Shown here: in pieces, positions 57,151 through 64,000 of the stretch | Layout: every line of letters starts with the position of its first letter | Position numbering within the stretch: position 1 is the stretch's first letter | Assembly: GCA_951406725.2 (NCBI GenBank) | Contig: OX597814.1 | Coordinates: 112,468,001 to 112,532,000 of the forward strand | Direction of reading: 5' to 3' | Origin: Octopus vulgaris | Taxonomy: Eukaryota | Length of the DNA stretch: 64,000 bases | Position numbers and translations under genes: made by a program | Notes under the pieces: model-generated | The model's database searches: none | What the model saw: only the letters and a program-made list of their open reading frames with translations | Told to the model about the DNA's origin: nothing

Positions 57151-58199
57151 TTGATTTTTACTTTACTTCATCGAACCCAAAGGGATCGATAGTTGACTTC
57201 GGCAAAGTTAACCTGGGCGAGATTTGAACTCAGATCGTAAAGACCCAGAACAAATACATCGTGGCAATTTCTTTCGACTAACGATCCTGCTAATTCTCCG
57301 CCCTAAAACGGTTTCAGATTTTGGTACAAAGTCGTCGATTTTAGGAAAAAGTTTCAGTTGATTACATTGAACCGAGCACATGACTGGTACTTTATTTTAT
57401 TGAGCCTGGAAGAAAGAAAAGCAAAGCTGACCTCTTCGAGATTTAAACTCAGAACGCCAAAAGATGGAAAAAATACTGCAAATAATTTGTCCGACACTCT
57501 AACGATTCTGCCAATCGTCTGCCTTGAAATGTGATATATGGTATAGAGTGAATGAGGGACTTTCTGTGTGGCCATTCAAAGTGCTGGAAACAGAACCTCG
57601 TTCTGCTATAAATAACACTTTATTTTCTTTTTACATTGGACAATGTAGTCTTTGATATACAATGTCTGAAAACAAAAGGCCGGTATGATCAGGACAAAAC
57701 GAATGATCGATCAAATTTGATTTGGTGGACCAAACAATGCAACAACAAAAACAATAATAACATATTCAATATTATGAAGAACGAAGTACTTGGTTAGAGA
57801 CCAAAGGATGAAATATTGAGAAAACTTCAAAGAATTAATCAGTTTTGGAAGTGAAAAAAATAACCCAAAGATATTGAAATATCAAATAGTTAATTGTTTC
57901 CAGCGAGGAGTTAATATGATGTAGTTTTATACATCGTGGAACTAAATATCAAAAGAACAACCCATAGCAACTAATATTGTGATAACATCAAAAATATATT
58001 GACATTATATAATGATTTATTGTAAAAGCCCGAGAATCGAGTTTGAGACTACGATGAAAAGGATTCGAACTCGGAATATAAAAAGAGACAGGTATTTTTA
58101 AAATGAAGGAAATCTCGAACGCAGGAGAATAGCTGTGAAAAAGCTTAGAGGATCAGATAAAATACTCTTAGAGACGGAAAGAAGTGACCATCTATAAGG

Positions 58200-58330
58200 G
58201 TATTTTACACGATTCTCTAAACTGGTTAATTATGATTTTATTCAACATATTCCCCTCTCAGATTCACACACTTATTGTAGCAGTCCTTCAGTTTTTCAAA
58301 GTCTTGTAAAAGAACTCGGAAGGTTGGGCT
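58200..58330 (-). mobile_element. Mariner remnant (transposase end)
   Basis: Minus: YNKCVNLRGEYVE*. Confidence 0.6.
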
Positions 58331-58488
58331 CCAACCCGGCTTTTGGCGATACGCTTACATCCGGGACCTTTTCAGCATACTCACAAAAAAGGGCCCAGAC
58401 AGGACGGTGCTATGGAAAAATCTGGCACGTTTGACATTGTCCAGCATTGTTTGGAGCGCATTCTTTATTTCATGTGTGTGTGTGTATT

Positions 58489-58531
<43 letters not shown>

Positions 58532-58678
58532 CAACTCTCTCACCTATATATATATACATATATAGATCTATATACATATACATATGTACATATATTTATA
58601 CATATGTAAGAAAGAAACAACTTTATATATATATATATCCATACAAATATATACTTACATATATACACATATATGTAC

Positions 58679-58728
<50 letters not shown>

Positions 58729-58751
58729 CGTATGTGTGTAAATATATATGT

Positions 58752-58794
<43 letters not shown>

Positions 58795-58808
58795 TACACA
58801 GATATGTA

Positions 58809-58848
<40 letters not shown>

Positions 58849-59161
58849 CATATATATATAAAACTCACCTTGTGTGTCTGTGTGTGCATCTGTGTGTGTG
58901 TCTGTGTGTTTAACTTCCCGGCACATCTCCTCCTAGCCAAGAAATCGTAGAACCACCAAAAATGGGTCACTTAAAGTTTAGGCGAATGAAAATTGCACTG
59001 CGCTATTTCTGTTCCGAAATTCATCCCGCAAGTGCAAAAATCGATAATGTATTTGTTTAGGTCTTATCCCAGGCATTGAATAGTGAACTTTATTCAGTCA
59101 GCTGTTTGACGTGAACTGTGTTCACCACGCGTGCAAGCATGCGTAAATTGCATGAAAAATG

Positions 59162-59195
<34 letters not shown>

Positions 59196-59303
59196 ATCAC
59201 GTGACCGACCAGACCATCAGATGTTGTTACACATCGCTGGTCACAATGCATTCGCATTGTTTTAGCCTTCGAATGACGCCACCCCGCTGGCTAAGCGAGC
59301 AGG

Positions 59304-59362
<59 letters not shown>

Positions 59363-59369
<7 letters not shown>

Positions 59370-59744
59370 CTGAAGTTATCTGTGTGTGACAGGTTTAATA
59401 CCCTTTAACTAACACTATCTCCTCCAAGACCCTACGGCGCAAGTTGACCAAAATTGAGAGTATGATAGAAGAAAGCTTGCTCTTCATTCTGTAGAAAATA
59501 AATTCAAATCGGAGCATGTTAGGACCAAAAATTATTTACACCAAAAAGGTGTTTTTTTTCTATGGAAATCTCTATTTTTTAATAATTTTTTGACTGCTGT
59601 GTTGCCATTTTTCGGTGTACTGAAACCAGTAAAATGTTCACTTAAAGAGAATAACAAGCTACATAATGCAAAATTTTTAATTTTCAAAAATTCCAATTCT
59701 AAAGGGTCGAAACAAAACCGAGCAATGCCGGGCGATACTGCTAG
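59363..59744 (+). mobile_element. Non-autonomous Helitron
   Basis: Ends with a GC hairpin ccgagcaatgccgg, ~11 nt, then CTAG|T. Confidence 0.65.
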
Positions 59745-59821
59745 TATATATATATATATATATATATATACAGATATGTATGTGTACATACATATATGTG
59801 TGTGTATGTACGTATATATCA

Positions 59822-59862
<41 letters not shown>

Positions 59863-60084
59863 TATATACAAATATAGGACGGACTTCTGTACAGTTTCCG
59901 TTAATTTAATTCCACTCACAGTGTATTGGTCAAACTCAGGCGATGGTAAAAGACACTTTCCCAAAATGTAGTGTAGTCAAATTCAACCCAGAACGATGTA
60001 TATTCTCTATATGCACATACATATCTATGTATGTGTGTGTATGTTTATACATACACATATATTCTCATATATAGGTATATATAA

Positions 60085-60154
<70 letters not shown>

Positions 60155-60710
60155 ATGTATATGTATATGTATATATACTTTTCTACTCTTGGCACAAGGC
60201 CAGAAATTTGGGGGGAAGGGGCCATTTTCTTTAGTCGAGCATATCAACACTAGGACTTATTTTTTGTAAGCCTAGTACATATTCTCTCAGGCTTGTTTGC
60301 CGAATTGCTAAGTTACGGGGACGTAAATATCCCCGCATCGGTTGTCAAGCGACGTTGGTGGGGGGGGGGGGACAGGCACACACACACACACAAACAAACA
60401 TACATATATATATATATATATAAAATTAATTAATTAATCAATTTCACCAAGTGTTCAGTATGTAAAAGGACCATTTAAGGCGAATTCAAAATTTTACATT
60501 ATATAATTAGGGCTTAGTAAAATAAATTACTTTGCCACATACTGAACTTAGTAGAAATAGCAGCCAAAAAAAATTTTCTTAGCATTTCTACAACTTAAAG
60601 AAAATTTGAATTTGTTGACACTGTTAGTCGGAGTGGTTCATCTGAAGCGATAAGTTCGCTGATAGGTAAAGTTCCTTCTTTTTAGTGTTTCCAAATCCAA
60701 ATTAAGAAAT

Positions 60711-60773
60711 TTTGAGCTGACGATAGAAATGCTGATTTTATTTGGCTAATCTTGAAACGTTGACGTACTCAAA
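60711..60773 (+). ncRNA. Type-I hammerhead ribozyme (copy 1)
   Basis: tttgag CTGACGA tagaaatgctga...tggctaatctt GAAA cgttgacg TA ctcaaa. Confidence 0.8.
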
Positions 60774-61273
60774 CGATCTATGTACTTGTGATATTTTTCT
60801 GTATTTACCTCCAAACCTTCGTGGGCTGTCTGGAGTAAACATTATCTGAGAGAAATTTTCTTTAAGTTGTAGAAATGCTAAGAAAATTCTTTTTGGCTGC
60901 TATTTCTACTAAGTTCAGTATGTGGCAAAGTAATTTATTTTACTAAGCCCTAATTATATAATGTAAAATTTTGAATTCGCCTTAAATGGTCCTTTTACAT
61001 ACTGAACACTTGGTGAAATTGATTAATTAATTAATTTTACCCTCAATTGTTGATATTATAATTCATTTCTCTCGGTCATACTGCCTCGGTTCTCGCGGTT
61101 AAAATATAATGTTTGCTAGATAGACCACGTGGGTGGAAGCGGATTGAAGACATTTATGCCTGCACATTTTGAATTTGTCGACACTGTTAGTCGGAGTGGT
61201 TCATCTGAAGCGATAAGTTCGCTGATAGGTAAAGTTCCTTCTTTTTAGTGTTTCCAAATCCAAATTAAGAAAT

Positions 61274-61336
61274 TTTGAGCTGACGATAGAAATGCTGATT
61301 TTATTTGGCTAATCTTGAAACGTTGACGTACTCAAA
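61274..61336 (+). ncRNA. Type-I hammerhead ribozyme (copy 2)
   Basis: Identical to 60711-60773. Confidence 0.8.
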
Positions 61337-61612
61337 CGATCTATGTACTTGTGATATTTTTCTGTATTTACCTCCAAACCTTCGTGGGCTGTCTGGAGTA
61401 AACATTATCTGAGAGAAATTTTCTTTAAGTTGTAGAAATGTTAAGAAAATTTTTTTGGCTGCTATTTCTACTAAGTTCAGTATGTGGCAAAGTAATTTAT
61501 TTTACTAAGCCCTAATTATATAATGTAAAATTTTGAATTCGCCTAAAATGGTCCTTTTACATACTGAACACTTGGTGAAATTGATTAATTAATTAATTTT
61601 ACCCTCAATTGT

Positions 61613-61659
<47 letters not shown>

Positions 61660-62051
61660 CGATGGGGTTCTTTCAGTTTTCTTCTACCAAATTCACTCAC
61701 AAGGCTTTGGTCGACCAAGGCTATAGAAGAAGACACTTGCCCAAGGTGCCACGCAATGGGACTGAACCCGGAACCATGTGGTTGGTAAGCAAGCTACTTA
61801 TCACAGAGTCACTCATGCGCCTATTAATATATAACATTATTTTAAAAGTTCATATTATTCATATATTCTTTAAAAAGTATATTGTTTTTTATTTTACTTT
61901 ATTTTATATTAATATTTATTTGTATATAATGAATATATTTCCTCATCAAATACATACACACTATATATATATGAAATAACATCTCAAACTTCTTTAGATA
62001 CGAATTTGAATTCCTATAAGTAAGATGTATCTTTCGTTATCATTAAGGCAT

Positions 62052-62163
62052 AATCCCTGAAGAGATTCTACCCTTTACAACTTAAATTCCTAACATTGGA
62101 TTTAACCTAAATGTTTTGAATAACGTTTTATCAAGGAGCTAGAATCAAAACATATGTAGGTTT
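62052..62163 (+). ncRNA. Hammerhead with G12-to-A mutation
   Basis: aatcc CTGAAGA gattcta...tagaatc aAAA CATATG TA ggttt. Confidence 0.55.
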
Positions 62164-62278
62164 TTGAGTGTTCTATGGTGATTTTTAAAACAGAAATTTA
62201 TTTATATTTATATTTTTATAACAAAGGTGCAAATAAATACACATATTTATCTCTCCAATTTCATATATTAATTTAAAC

Positions 62279-62339
<61 letters not shown>

Positions 62340-62517
62340 GCATATTTATACATAAATATATATATGTGTGTGTGTGTCTCTGTGTTTATATGCTTATATA
62401 CATATATATATATATGCATAAATATGTGTTCGTTTATATGTTTATACATACACAAAAAATACACATATGGGAGCATACAGGCAAACACACGTGGATTTAG
62501 CTAGCGAGATTGCTTGT

Positions 62518-62593
<76 letters not shown>

Positions 62594-62606
62594 TAGACAG
62601 ACAGAC

Positions 62607-62673
<67 letters not shown>

Positions 62674-63238
62674 CAGGCATGCATGCATGCAGGCAGGCAG
62701 TTAGATAGGTAGGAAGGTAAGTAGTTAGATAGCTAGATACATACATACATACATACATACATACATACATACATACATACATACATACATACATACGTAC
62801 ATACATACAGACAGACATACAGATAGACAAGCAGACATACATACAGACAGACTGACAGAAAATAGTCGAATTTTCCCTTTGGTTATTTGGTGTCAGTTTG
62901 GCACAAATAACAAGAGCGTAAGAGAAGACACGGAGAAAATAGTTTGGCAAGGAAGTAATGTCGGACAATCAGGAGCGAGAGTGACTTTCAATTTATCACC
63001 CAACAATATGGCGGTCGAGAACATGACACACGGACAAAGGAATACAGAAGGGGGCACCTGTCACATGGCGAATGAGTGAGCGAGGGAGGGAAAGATGGCG
63101 GTAGGGATGGGAAGAAGATGAAGCGGGGGATGTGGGGGAGGATGGGTTAGGGTTAGCTGGGGTCTTAAGGAGGCTAATCACTCTTAGTCCCTAACAGCCG
63201 AGCTCCACTTAAGTCAGTCGTGAAACCTTTCGTCACCA

Positions 63239-63285
<47 letters not shown>

Positions 63286-63286
63286 C

Positions 63287-63327
<41 letters not shown>

Positions 63328-63354
63328 TAATAACAACAACAACAACAAGTAATG

Positions 63355-63525
63355 GTTTCAAATTTTGCCACAAGGGCAGCCATTATCGGGAAGGGGATGA
63401 ATCGATTTCATCGATACCAGTATTTCACTGGTACTTAATTTATCCACCCCGAAAGAATGAGACCCAAAGTCGACCTCGGCAAGAATTTGAACTCCAAACG
63501 TAGCGGCAGACGAAATACTGCTAAG
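63355..63525 (-). mobile_element. SINE family 1 (other copies at 41740-41860, 50355-50560, 56243-56358, 57180-57525)
   Basis: ctggtacttaatttatc..ccccgaaagaatga..gtcgacctcggc..atttgaactc. Confidence 0.75.
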
Positions 63526-63536
63526 AAAATAATAAT

Positions 63537-63595
<59 letters not shown>

Positions 63596-63603
63596 TAATA
63601 ATA

Positions 63604-63635
<32 letters not shown>

Positions 63636-63639
63636 AATA

Positions 63640-63855
63640 ATAAAAATTATTCAGACAAATACATAACAAAAATACCAGGACTTACAAACACACATAACAT
63701 ACAGAAAATTGCACTACTGGGCACTGCACACATCCCACGCAAAACACTTTCAATACAGTAACCATCAGAGCATCACAACAAACCACAGCACATACCCAAG
63801 GCACACAGAGCTGTGCTCGGTAGTGAAGTGAAAGCACGCTATAAAAATAAAACTA

Positions 63856-63860
<5 letters not shown>
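63640..63860 (+). mobile_element. R4/Dong family A 3' end in (TAA)n
   Basis: Near identical to 55930-56150; a further probable Dong fragment (EQLWTPITTEEVTQAL) starts at ~63918 and runs off the window. Confidence 0.85.
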
Positions 63861-63921
<61 letters not shown>

Positions 63922-64000
63922 AAAGGAGTATGAAAATAACAAACTCGGCATCTGAACAACTTTGGACCCCCATAACAACTGAAGAGGTCACCCAGGCACT

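Larger units (their letters stand above)
60421..61618 (+). mobile_element. Non-coding PLE-type retrozyme: inverted piece + two near-identical ~450-bp repeats, each with a hammerhead
   Basis: 60605-61056 is repeated at 61168-61618 (563-bp period); 60421-60607 is an inverted copy of 60853-61039; lies in the (TA)n of a SINE family-2 copy (60229-60375 + 61659-61822). Confidence 0.9.

Overview
AT-rich eukaryotic non-coding DNA, very rich in microsatellites ((TA)n, (CA)n, (TAA)n, (GATA)n, (ATGT)n, (GAA)n). The repeat families look like an octopus/coleoid cephalopod genome (inference). I found no supportable host gene, rRNA or functional tRNA, and most ORFs in the track are microsatellite translations. 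The window is a mosaic of mobile DNA: three tRNA-derived SINE families; several R4/Dong-type (RLE) LINE 3' ends, mostly in (TAA)n; a Tx1-like LINE in (GATA)n; RTE and CR1 fragments; mariner remnants and a MITE; Helitron/Helentron-type elements; and Penelope-like elements (PLEs) with GIY-YIG domains. The hidden layer is RNA. About 20 type-I hammerhead ribozyme motifs (CTGANGA...GAAA...UH, roughly half with an intact core) occur in PLEs and in non-coding, retrozyme-like units with inverted and tandem architecture. The two most notable objects are (1) a tRNA-head + (AAT)n + hammerhead-tail element inserted as an inverted pair bounded by a 12-bp target-site duplication (51.2-52.4 kb), a candidate Penelope-mobilised ribozyme SINE, and (2) an ORF1-only Tx1-like element inserted into a SINE head whose 3' UTR is antisense to its own target site (52.6-54.7 kb). 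All calls were made by eye; no database searches were run.
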